DNA of 63,602 bases, counting the filler. It is 7 parts of 7 records of this genome, joined end to end, with 100 filler letters (N's around TTAATTAATTAA, not from the genome) between each part and the next. Parts side by side here need not be neighbours in the genome. Positions count along the whole stretch, not along the records: positions 1 to 11,380 come from SRR20825006_3055; 6 more parts are not named here. One strand, 5' to 3'. Position 1 is the stretch's first letter. Each line of letters starts with the position of its first letter. Position numbers and translations under genes: made by a program. The notes under the pieces are model-generated. The model searched no databases. It saw only the letters and a program-made list of their open reading frames with translations, and had not been told where the DNA came from. Of this stretch, positions 1 to 8,773 are shown one piece after another.

Positions 1-302
1 AACAGCGCGTAGGACTGGAACATCATGTTCACGGCACGCTTGTTCGGCGGCACCCCTGCGATGTCCTGTCCCGACAACAGGATCGAACCCTCGGTCGGGG
101 CCTCGAACCCCGCCAGCATCCGCATCATCGTTGTCTTGCCACAGCCCGAAGGCCCCAGCAGCGCGAAAAATTCTCGTTCGTAGATATCCTGCGTCAGGTC
201 ATCAATGGCCACAAAGTCGCCAAAGCGTTTGGTGACACCCACGAACTGGATCAACGGCTTTTGCTGCGGGTCATCCCAAGGAGCGAATACGGTCTGTGCC
301 AA
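1..302 (-). CDS. potG: Polyamine ABC transporter ATP-binding subunit (PotG/PotA-like), 3'-truncated by window edge
   Basis: Manual translation from TTG at 302 (GAGG Shine-Dalgarno upstream) gives MAQTVFAPWDD...FFALLGPSGCGKTTMMRMLAGFE, with Walker A. Lies directly downstream of the polyamine SBP. Confidence 0.8.
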   Translation of the reverse strand, partial: MAQTVFAPWDDPQQKPLIQFVGVTKRFGDFVAIDDLTQDIYEREFFALLGPSGCGKTTMMRMLAGFEAPTEGSILLSGQDIAGVPPNKRAVNMMFQSYAL

Positions 303-371
303 ATTATTTCCTCACAGAAATCACAGGGGAAATGACGCGCGACCCTAATGGCCGCGCGCCGGATCGGAGGC

Positions 372-1457
372 TTAGGTGCCCGATTTGACCTTGGTCCACA
401 GACGCGTCACGACGCGCTGTGTTTTCGCGTCATAAGGGGACGTGGTGTACAGTTTTTCCAACGTTTCGGCGTCGGGATAGATCGCCGTGTCGCCAATCAC
501 GTCCTCGACCAGAAACTCTTGGCTGGCGAGGTTGCCGTTGGCGTAATAGACATAGTTCGATGCCGCCGCCATGTTCTGCGCGTCCATGATAAAGTTCAGG
601 AACTTGTGCGCCCCGTCAGGGTTCGGCGCGTCTACCGGAATAGCCATGTTATCGAACCACATCAGCGCGCCCTCTTTCGGCGCATTGTATTCGATGATCA
701 CGCCGTTGTCGGCCTCGGCGGCGCGGTCGCGCGCTTGCAGAATGTCACCGGACCAGCCCACCGCCACACAGATGTCGCCGTTGGCCAATGCGTTGATATA
801 TTCCGAGCTGTGGAATTTCTGCACATAGGGCGCGATGGCGGTCAGGACCGGCTCGGCCTTCTGGATTGTTTCGGCGTCTTGCGCGTCGGGGTTTTCACCG
901 ATGTAATTCAGCGCGGCGGGGATGATTTCCGCCGGTGCGTCCAGGAAATGAACGCCGCAAGCCGACAGTTTTTCCATGTTGGCAGGGTCAAAAACCAACG
1001 CCAAAGACGCGATGGGGGCATCTTCGCCCAGCACTTCCTTGACCTTTTCGACGTTCACGCCAATGCCGGTGGTGCCCCACATGTAGTTGATCGCATATTC
1101 GTTGCCGGGGTCGTATTTGCCGACGCGTTCGCTGATCACGTCCCACATGTTTTCCAGGTTCGGCAGCTTGGATTTATCCAGCTTCTGGAACGCACCGGCG
1201 CTGATCTGGCGTTGCAGGAACGTGCCCGACGGGACAACGACATCATAGCCGGACGAACCAGCCAGCATTTTGGTTTCCAACACTTCGTTGCTGTCAAAAA
1301 CGTCATAGATCAGGTCAATGCCTGTTTCTTCCTCGAATTTGGTCAGCAGACTCTCGTCGATATAGTCGGACCAGTTGTAAACGCGCACTTCTTCGGCCAT
1401 TGCCGAGGACGCAATTACCGCCAGTGCCGCGACTGTGCTAAGCATCGTCTTGGTCAT
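372..1457 (-). CDS. potF: Putrescine/polyamine ABC transporter substrate-binding protein (PotF/SpuD family)
   Basis: Signal peptide; VYNWSDYI, GYDVVVPS, YMWGTTGIG, GWSGD and WFD motifs typical of PotF. Confidence 0.9.
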   Translation of the reverse strand: MTKTMLSTVAALAVIASSAMAEEVRVYNWSDYIDESLLTKFEEETGIDLIYDVFDSNEVLETKMLAGSSGYDVVVPSGTFLQRQISAGAFQKLDKSKLPNLENMWDVISERVGKYDPGNEYAINYMWGTTGIGVNVEKVKEVLGEDAPIASLALVFDPANMEKLSACGVHFLDAPAEIIPAALNYIGENPDAQDAETIQKAEPVLTAIAPYVQKFHSSEYINALANGDICVAVGWSGDILQARDRAAEADNGVIIEYNAPKEGALMWFDNMAIPVDAPNPDGAHKFLNFIMDAQNMAAASNYVYYANGNLASQEFLVEDVIGDTAIYPDAETLEKLYTTSPYDAKTQRVVTRLWTKVKSGT

Positions 1458-1501
1458 GTTATTCTCCCGTTCATCAGACCGGGTTGATCCCGGCTTGGCT
1501 T

Positions 1502-1515
1502 AATTTGATCAAGTT
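1502..1515. promoter_or_regulatory. Candidate GntR operator AATTTGATCAAGTT
   Basis: Near-perfect 14-bp palindrome between potF and the divergent GntR gene; second copy at 2346-2359. Confidence 0.55.
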
Positions 1516-1597
1516 TTGCCCTTTGCGGCAAGATGATTTATGGTTTCACGGCAGGTGGACCCGCGCAAGCGGTTCCCCATGGAGGTGCTCGGAAGAT

Positions 1598-2317
1598 ATG
1601 CCCATGTTGAATGCATCGCTGAAAAAAGAGGCGTCCGCGACAGCGGCCGACCGGCAATCCCTGCTGCCAAAAACGCCTGCGCATCAGGCCGTCTATGCCA
1701 AGATGCGCGACGCCGTTTTGTTTGGTGATCTAGCCCCCGGTCAGCCGATCACGATTCAGGGGCTGACGACGATGCTGGACGCGGGCATGACCCCGGTGCG
1801 CGAAGCCATCCGCAAGCTGACCGCCGAGGGTGCCCTTGAGATGCAGGGCAACCGCCGTGCCTCTGTGCCGGTTCTGGACCTGCACACGCTGGAACAGCTT
1901 GAATTCATGCGGTTAAATTTGGAACCCGAGCTGGCATTTCGTGCAACATCGCATATTTCTGACGGGGATATCGCCCGACTGACGCAGATTGATGACACCC
2001 TGAACAGCGCCATCGCAGCGGGTGATATCAGCGGTTATTTGCGCCTGAACCACGCCTTTCACACGACCTTGTACGCCATCGCTCAGGCCCCGATTCTGGC
2101 GCAATCCGCCGGTGCGCTCTGGCTGCGATTTGGCCCCTCCCTGCGCGTCGTCTGTGGTCGGTTCGGCACCTCGAACCTGCCGGACAAACATGCCGAGCTT
2201 CTCGATGCCCTGAAACAAGGCAATGCCGAGGCCGCACGCGCCGCCACTGCCGAAGACATTCTTCAGGGGATGATCCAGGTGCGCGCCGCCCTGTCCGAGG
2301 ATGCAGCCGCAAGGTGA
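1598..2317 (+). CDS. GntR (FCD/FadR-type) transcriptional regulator
   Basis: N-terminal wHTH (GDLAPGQ...GMTPVREAIRKL..EGAL) and FCD domain (NHAFH). Start moved to ATG 1598 from the ORF-track TTG. Confidence 0.9.
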   Translation: MPMLNASLKKEASATAADRQSLLPKTPAHQAVYAKMRDAVLFGDLAPGQPITIQGLTTMLDAGMTPVREAIRKLTAEGALEMQGNRRASVPVLDLHTLEQLEFMRLNLEPELAFRATSHISDGDIARLTQIDDTLNSAIAAGDISGYLRLNHAFHTTLYAIAQAPILAQSAGALWLRFGPSLRVVCGRFGTSNLPDKHAELLDALKQGNAEAARAATAEDILQGMIQVRAALSEDAAAR

Positions 2318-2333
2318 TTCGGATTCAGCCTGA

Positions 2334-2361
2334 TTGACAGTCAGAAATTTGATCATATTCT
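2334..2361 (+). promoter_or_regulatory. Sigma70-like promoter TTGACA-N16-TATTCT overlapped by palindrome AATTTGATCATATT (2346-2359)
   Basis: Read directly, 37-64 bp upstream of the aminotransferase start. Confidence 0.55.
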
Positions 2362-2397
2362 GCGTCCAACTTCAGTTCTGATGAAAAGGACACCGTC

Positions 2398-3795
2398 ATG
2401 GCCGCCATCACCAACCATTTGCCCACCGCCGAGCTGCAGGCGCTGGACGCTGCACACCACATGCACCCCTTTACCACCAACAACGATCTGGCGGCCAAGG
2501 GTGCACGGATCATCACCCGTGCGGATGGCGTTTACCTGACCGACAGCGAAGGCAACCATATTCTGGACGGCATGGCCGGCCTGTGGTGCGTCAACATCGG
2601 CTATGGCCGTGGCGAGCTGGCCGATGTGGCGGCACGGCAAATGCGCGAGCTGCCATTCTACAACACCTTTTTCATGACATCCCACGCGCCGGTCATCGCG
2701 CTGGCTGCCAAGATCGCGGAACTGGCGCCTGCGCATCTGAACCACGTGTTCTTTGCCGGGTCCGGGTCCGAGGCGAATGACACCAACATTCGACTGGTCC
2801 GCACCTATTGGGCGCAAAAGGGCAAGCCGAGCAAATCCATCATCATCAGCCGCAAGAACGCCTACCACGGTTCGTCCGTCGGGTCGGGCAGCCTGGGCGG
2901 CATGACCCCGATGCACGAGCAGGGCGGCCTGCCGATCCCGGACATTCACCACATCAACCAGCCGAACTGGTGGACCGAAGGCGGCACATCCACGCCCGAG
3001 GAGTTTGGACTTCAGCGTGCGCAGGAGCTGGAACAGGCCATTCTGGAAATGGGCGAAGACCGTGTCGCCGCCTTTATCGCCGAACCGATCCAGGGTGCCG
3101 GCGGGGTGATCGTGCCGCCGTCGACCTACTGGCCGGAAGTTCAGCGCATTTGCGACAAATACGAGATTCTGCTGATCGCAGACGAAGTGATCTGCGGCTT
3201 TGGCCGCACCGGAGAATGGTTCGGATCAACCACCGTCGGGATCAAGCCGGACATCATGACCATCGCGAAGGGTCTGTCGTCAGGATACCAGCCCATCGGC
3301 GGCTCGATCGTTTCGGACGAAGTGGCCGAGGTGATCAATGCCTGTGAGTTCAACCACGGCTACACCTATTCCGGTCACCCCGTTGCCAGCGCCGTCGCTC
3401 TGGAAAACCTGCGGATCATGGAGGACGAGAACATTCTGGACCACGTCCGCAACGTTGCCGCCCCCGCGCTGGCCGAGATGTGGCATGGCCTGGGCGATCA
3501 TCCGATGGTCGGCGAAACCAAGATTGTCGGCATGATGGCATCGCTGGCGCTGACACCCGACAAGGACAGCCGCGCCAAATTTGCCGCCGACGCGGGCACC
3601 GCCGGTTTCATGACGCGCGAGCGTTCCTTTGCGAACAACCTGATCATGCGCCACGTCTACGACCGCATGGTGATCTCGCCGCCGCTGGTCATCACGCCCG
3701 AAGAGATCACCGAAATGGGCAAACGCGCCCGCACCGCGTTGGACGAATCCCATGCGCTGATGAAAGACCAAGGGCTGTTCAAAGCCGCGTCGTAA
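2398..3795 (+). CDS. Class III PLP aminotransferase, putrescine:pyruvate (SpuC-like)
   Basis: GLWCVNIGYG, SGSEANDT, AEPIQGAGG, DEVICGFGRTG and TIAKG (PLP lysine) motifs; polyamine cluster context. Confidence 0.88.
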   Translation: MAAITNHLPTAELQALDAAHHMHPFTTNNDLAAKGARIITRADGVYLTDSEGNHILDGMAGLWCVNIGYGRGELADVAARQMRELPFYNTFFMTSHAPVIALAAKIAELAPAHLNHVFFAGSGSEANDTNIRLVRTYWAQKGKPSKSIIISRKNAYHGSSVGSGSLGGMTPMHEQGGLPIPDIHHINQPNWWTEGGTSTPEEFGLQRAQELEQAILEMGEDRVAAFIAEPIQGAGGVIVPPSTYWPEVQRICDKYEILLIADEVICGFGRTGEWFGSTTVGIKPDIMTIAKGLSSGYQPIGGSIVSDEVAEVINACEFNHGYTYSGHPVASAVALENLRIMEDENILDHVRNVAAPALAEMWHGLGDHPMVGETKIVGMMASLALTPDKDSRAKFAADAGTAGFMTRERSFANNLIMRHVYDRMVISPPLVITPEEITEMGKRARTALDESHALMKDQGLFKAAS

Positions 3796-3799
3796 GGCG

Positions 3800-4942
3800 T
3801 CAGGTGCCGCTCATCAGCGGTTCCAACATCGCCAGACAGGCTTTCATCTGGTCGATCTCGACGAACTCATCCGGTTTGTGGGCCTGGGCAATATGTCCCG
3901 GCCCGCAGACCACCACATCCATCCCCATTTCCTGAAACAACCCCGCCTCGGTCCCGAAGGGGACCAGTTCGGCGCTGTTGGTGCCCAGAAGGCTGGCCAG
4001 CAGATCGCGGGCGGTGTTCACTTCCATCGGCTCCAGCCCCGCGACCTCGCCAATCGTTTCGGTGCGAATGTCGGCCTGCGGATAGATCGCGCGCATCATC
4101 GGCAGCATCTCGTCCTCGACAAAAGCTTCGATGCTTTGTCGTACGAAACGGGCGTCATCTTGTACAACAGGGCGCATTTCCCATTCGACCTCGGCCTTGC
4201 CCGCGATCACGTTGTGCGCGACGCCGCCCGACACGCGGCCAATGTTGATCGTGGTCCATGGCGGTTCGAACCGGCTGGTCACAGGCGCGCGCACCATCAG
4301 ATCGGCGCGCAGTTCCAACAAGCGGCTGACATAGCGCACGGCATATTCGGCGGCATTCACGCCCCGCCCCGGATCGCTGCCGTGTCCTTCAAGGCCGGTA
4401 AAGTGGGTGGTGTATTCGCAACAGCCCTTGTGCCCCTCGATCACCCGCATACCCGTGGGTTCCCCGATCACCGCCATAGCGGGCTGCAACCCGCGCGCCT
4501 GCAACTCGGGCACCAGGGCGCGCGCACCCAGACAGCCGACCTCTTCGTCATAGGTAAAGGCGAAATGCACCGGCTTTTTCGGCGTCACCTTGCCCGCCAT
4601 CACCACGGCGGCGGCGATGAACCCCTTCATGTCACAGGTGCCGCGGCCATACAGACGGCCATCGCCCTCGCGCATCTCGAAAGGGTCGGATGACCAGTCC
4701 TGATCCGCTACCGGCACAACATCCGTATGCCCGCTCAGCATCAGCCCGCCCGGCGCATCGGGACCGATGCTGGCCCACAGGTTCGCCTTGGCCCCGCAGG
4801 GCGACAACAGCACATCGGTGCGCGCGCCCGCGTCTTCCAGACGGGTGGCCAGTTCGGCGATCATCGCCATGTTGCTGTCCGCCGACACGGTGGGCATCGC
4901 GATCAACTGATCCAGCAATTCGACCGTCTGGCGCAAGGTCAT
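3800..4942 (-). CDS. argE: Acetylornithine deacetylase, M20 family
   Basis: SGHTDVVP, GRGTCDMKG, YDEEVGC, GEPT, GHS and AHKPDE motifs. Start at 4942 overlaps the upstream stop (ATGA). Confidence 0.88.
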   Translation of the reverse strand: MTLRQTVELLDQLIAMPTVSADSNMAMIAELATRLEDAGARTDVLLSPCGAKANLWASIGPDAPGGLMLSGHTDVVPVADQDWSSDPFEMREGDGRLYGRGTCDMKGFIAAAVVMAGKVTPKKPVHFAFTYDEEVGCLGARALVPELQARGLQPAMAVIGEPTGMRVIEGHKGCCEYTTHFTGLEGHGSDPGRGVNAAEYAVRYVSRLLELRADLMVRAPVTSRFEPPWTTINIGRVSGGVAHNVIAGKAEVEWEMRPVVQDDARFVRQSIEAFVEDEMLPMMRAIYPQADIRTETIGEVAGLEPMEVNTARDLLASLLGTNSAELVPFGTEAGLFQEMGMDVVVCGPGHIAQAHKPDEFVEIDQMKACLAMLEPLMSGT

Positions 4943-6117
4943 GGTTTGACGAACATCTTGCGGGGGCGGTCGCAGAAACACTCGGCCGCCCCGTTTTCGG
5001 TGATGCGGATGCTTTCGGTGATCTCAAGCCCCCAGTCCGCCATCCACAGGCCGGGCATGAAGTGGAAAGTCATGTTCGGCTCCAGCACCGTTTCGTCGTT
5101 CACCCGCAAAGAAATCGTGCGTTCGCCCCAGTCCGGCGGATAGCTCAGCCCGATGGGATAGCCACAGCGTTCACCGCGTTCGATCCCGGCTGCTTCCAGC
5201 GGAGCGGCCAGCGCGTTGGCAATGTCACAGGCGCGGTTGCCGGCGCGGGCGGCGTCCAATCCGGCCTCAAGCCCCTCGACCAGCGCCGCCTCGGCGCGTT
5301 TCAGAAAATCGGGGGGCGTGCCCAGAAACAGCGAGCGGCAGAAAGGCGCGTGATAGCGGCGATAGCAGCCCGAGATTTCAAAGAATGTCGCCTCGCCCGT
5401 TTCAAACGGACGGCCATCCCATGTCAGGTGCGGCGCGGCGGCGTCCGATCCCGAGGGCAACAACGGCACAATCGCAGGATAGTCGCCCCACGCGCCATCT
5501 ACCCCGCGCACTGCGTCTCGGTAAATCTCGGCCACGACTTCGTTCTTCGGCACGCCGGGTTCGACCCGTTCCAGCAGGCCATCAATGATCTTTTCCGAAA
5601 TCCTGGCGGCGTTGCGCATGTATTCAAGCTCGGGCTCGGATTTCACACCGCGTTTCCAGTTTACCATGGCCGTGGCATCGGTGAACTGCGCGTCAGGCAG
5701 GCTGGATTGCATCACGGAAAAAGCCTTGGCCGAGAAATAATAGTTGTCCATCTCGACGCCGATGCGTTCCGCACCCAGATCTTGCAGGATGCCCGCCAGT
5801 TCCTGCATCGGATGGCGTTCGGTAGATTGCACGAAATGGTCATCGTATCCGCGCACGTGGTCGTCATCCATCCAGACCGTGCGCCGCGCGCCGGCGGCAT
5901 CCTGACGCCGCCCCCACCAGATCGGATCGCCTTCGCCGCGCAGGATAACGCCCTGGTGCACATAAAATGACCATCCATCATATCCGGTCAGCCACGCCTG
6001 GTTGCTGGGGTCGGTGACAAACAGCGTGTCGATTCCCGCGACATCCATCGCGCCGCGCACCAGAGCGATGCGCCGATCATATTCGTCAGCGGTAAAAGGC
6101 AAGTTTTTTATGATCAT
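4939..6117 (-). CDS. M24-fold hydrolase closely resembling ectoine hydrolase EutD/DoeA
   Basis: WLTGYDGWSFYVHQ, YPAIVPLLPSG, FFEISGCYRRYH, YPPDWGERT and TFHFMPGLW motifs, recognised as EutD/DoeA-like. Confidence 0.8.
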   Translation of the reverse strand: MIIKNLPFTADEYDRRIALVRGAMDVAGIDTLFVTDPSNQAWLTGYDGWSFYVHQGVILRGEGDPIWWGRRQDAAGARRTVWMDDDHVRGYDDHFVQSTERHPMQELAGILQDLGAERIGVEMDNYYFSAKAFSVMQSSLPDAQFTDATAMVNWKRGVKSEPELEYMRNAARISEKIIDGLLERVEPGVPKNEVVAEIYRDAVRGVDGAWGDYPAIVPLLPSGSDAAAPHLTWDGRPFETGEATFFEISGCYRRYHAPFCRSLFLGTPPDFLKRAEAALVEGLEAGLDAARAGNRACDIANALAAPLEAAGIERGERCGYPIGLSYPPDWGERTISLRVNDETVLEPNMTFHFMPGLWMADWGLEITESIRITENGAAECFCDRPRKMFVKP

Positions 6118-6387
6118 GGGCGTGCTCCGTTTTCAGAAACTTGCGTTGTGTCGTCTCGGGACGCAACACCTATCAGTGACGGGCGATTCCCGATGTCGCA
6201 GACGGCATCGCACAGGTCGTGTTAGGCAGGCTATTGTCCTGATATTCGAGATTTAACGAAAAAAACGCCTGCATTGAGGGCACAACCAACTGTTTTTCAG
6301 CAATCCGGTTGCAATACTGGACCATGGTCGTTTTACTTAGATACAACAAGGCGGGTTCACCGTCGTCATAAATTCAGGGAGCCTGAT

Positions 6388-7488
6388 TTGGCTAACACAT
6401 CGACCGATGCGGCGTTCGTTGAATTCGAACGCGTGCAAAAAAGCTATGACGGCGTGAACCTCGTCGTCAAAGACTTGAACCTTTCCATGCCACGCGGCGA
6501 GTTTTTGACAATGCTCGGCCCATCCGGTTCGGGCAAGACAACTTGCCTGATGATGCTGGCAGGATTTGAAACAGCAACCCATGGAGACATCCGTCTGGGC
6601 GGAACGTCGATCAACAACATTCCACCGCACAAGCGCGGCATTGGCATGGTGTTTCAGAACTATGCGCTGTTCCCGCATATGACGGTTGCAGAAAACCTGG
6701 CCTTTCCGCTGGAAGTCCGCAAGATCGGCAAATCCGAACGCGAAGAGAAAATCCACCGCGCCCTTGGCATGGTGCAGATGAACGATTTCGCCGGACGCCG
6801 CCCCACGCAATTGTCGGGTGGTCAGCAACAGCGGATCGCCTTGGCCCGGGCGCTGGTGTTCGAACCCGAGCTGGTTCTGATGGACGAGCCGCTGGGCGCG
6901 CTGGACAAACAGCTGCGCGAAACATTGCAGTTCGAGATCACCAAGCTGGCGCATGATCTGGGCATTACCGTGGTCTACGTGACCCACGACCAGACCGAAG
7001 CATTGACCATGTCCGACCGCGTTGCCGTGTTCGAAAACGGCCGTATTCAGCAGTTGGCGCCGCCCGACCAGCTGTACGAAAAGCCCGAAAACAGCTTCGT
7101 CGCCCAGTTCATCGGTGAAAACAACACGCTGATGGGCGAGATCAAAGAGATCAGCAATGGCACGGCTGTTGTGCAACTGGACGGCGGCGATCTGATCGAC
7201 GCGGTTCCGGTGAATGTGAGCAAGGTGGGCGAACGCACCCGCGTGTCGATCCGTCCGGAACGGGTCGAAATGAACAAGGAACGCCTGATGCCCGGCGCCA
7301 AGACGCTGAAGGCCGAAGTGCTTGAGTTCATCTACATGGGCGATATTTTCCGCACCCGTCTGCGTGTGGCCGGTTCCGATGACTTTGTCATCAAAACCCG
7401 GAACGCACCGGATCAGGAGCGCCTGACACCCGGCACCCAGATCGAAATCGGCTGGTTGCCCGAAGATTGCCGCGCCCTGGACGCCTGA
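6388..7488 (+). CDS. PotA-family ABC transporter ATP-binding protein
   Basis: GPSGSGKTT, LSGGQQQR and MDEPLGALD motifs, C-terminal TOBE region. TTG start at 6388 after GGGAG. Confidence 0.9.
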   Translation: MANTSTDAAFVEFERVQKSYDGVNLVVKDLNLSMPRGEFLTMLGPSGSGKTTCLMMLAGFETATHGDIRLGGTSINNIPPHKRGIGMVFQNYALFPHMTVAENLAFPLEVRKIGKSEREEKIHRALGMVQMNDFAGRRPTQLSGGQQQRIALARALVFEPELVLMDEPLGALDKQLRETLQFEITKLAHDLGITVVYVTHDQTEALTMSDRVAVFENGRIQQLAPPDQLYEKPENSFVAQFIGENNTLMGEIKEISNGTAVVQLDGGDLIDAVPVNVSKVGERTRVSIRPERVEMNKERLMPGAKTLKAEVLEFIYMGDIFRTRLRVAGSDDFVIKTRNAPDQERLTPGTQIEIGWLPEDCRALDA

Positions 7489-7600
7489 CGTCCAGGACAC
7501 GGCTGGCGCCCCCCTTTCGGGACGCGCCTGTTATGAGGCTGTGATCAAGCCCAATCATGGCCTCCCAACCCAAGTGGGCATACAAACGGGAGAACTATCA

Positions 7601-8695
7601 ATGAATTTGATGAAAACGCTGCTTGCGTCTTCTGCACTTACAGCCGCTGCAACGGTTGCTTTTGCGCAAGAAATGTCCAACGAAATGACCATCGTGTCCT
7701 GGGGCGGCGCATACCAGAACAGCCAGCTCAAGGCATATGTTGAGCCCTATGTTGCCATGCACCCCGAAGTGAACGTGGTTTGGGACGAAAGCTCGAACGA
7801 AGCGGTCGCCAAACTGCGTGCCATGAACGAAGCCGGCAACATCACCTGGGATCTGGTCGACGTTGTGGCCGCTGACGCCATCCGCCTGTGCGACGAAGGT
7901 CTGGCGATGGAATATGACCCCGACGAACTGCTGGCCCCCGGCGATGACGGTTCCTCGGCTTCGGATGACTTCGGTGATCTGATCGTGTCCGACTGTTATA
8001 TTCCGCAGATCGTTTATTCGACAACATTCGGCTATCGCACAGACATGGTGCCCGAAGGTGTCGATGCACCCAGCAGCATCTGCGACGTGTTCGATCTGGA
8101 AACATATCCTGGCAAGCGTTCGCTGGAAAAACGCCCGATCAACAACATGGAATGGGCTTTGCTGTGTGACGGCGTCGCCAAAGACGAAGTCTATGACGTG
8201 CTGGCAACCGGCGAAGGTCAGGACCAGGCTCTGGCCAAACTCGACACCATCAAAGACAGCGTTGTCTGGTGGTCGGCCGGTGCCGACACGCCCCAGCTGC
8301 TGGCCGATGGCGAAATCTTCATGGGTTCGACCTACAACGGTCGTCTGTATTCGGTCATCGAAGAGCAGAACCAGCCCGTTGGCATGATGTGGGACGCTCA
8401 GGTGTTCGATCTTGACGGCTGGATCATTCCCGCCGGCCTGCCGGACGACAAACTGGCCCGTGTCAAAGACTTCCTGAAATTCGCAACAGACACACAGCGT
8501 CTGGCGGATCAGGCCAAGTACATTTCCTACGGTCCCGCACGTGCGTCTTCCGCACCGAAAGTTCCCGAGGACATGAAACAGCACATGCCGACCGATCCCG
8601 CGAACGCCGCGAACACCTTCCTGTACAACTACACGTTCTGGGCTGATTACCGCGACGATATCGACGCAAAATTCCAAGCGTGGCTGGCTCAATAA
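7601..8695 (+). CDS. PotD/PotF-like ABC substrate-binding protein
   Basis: Signal peptide, SWGGAYQ, YNGR and YGPAR motifs; GGAGA Shine-Dalgarno before ATG 7601. Confidence 0.88.
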   Translation: MNLMKTLLASSALTAAATVAFAQEMSNEMTIVSWGGAYQNSQLKAYVEPYVAMHPEVNVVWDESSNEAVAKLRAMNEAGNITWDLVDVVAADAIRLCDEGLAMEYDPDELLAPGDDGSSASDDFGDLIVSDCYIPQIVYSTTFGYRTDMVPEGVDAPSSICDVFDLETYPGKRSLEKRPINNMEWALLCDGVAKDEVYDVLATGEGQDQALAKLDTIKDSVVWWSAGADTPQLLADGEIFMGSTYNGRLYSVIEEQNQPVGMMWDAQVFDLDGWIIPAGLPDDKLARVKDFLKFATDTQRLADQAKYISYGPARASSAPKVPEDMKQHMPTDPANAANTFLYNYTFWADYRDDIDAKFQAWLAQ

Positions 8696-8773
8696 GCCCC
8701 GCTTGATCGCATGACTTCGGTGGGGGCCATATCCAGCCCCCACCACCCCTCACCACCCTCCAAAGCGAGACTG

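Noticed and set aside
348-1487. Long antisense ORFs (e.g. 348-1487, 6337-7500, 7598-8746, 11604-13715, 35704-37599, 39243-41372, 42046-43683)
   Set aside because: Shadow frames opposite well-conserved genes in GC-rich DNA; no motifs of their own.
6118-6387. EnuR/MocR-type operator upstream of the EutD-like gene
   Set aside because: Only scattered ATTGT/ACAA half-sites; no convincing dyad and no MocR gene in the fragment.
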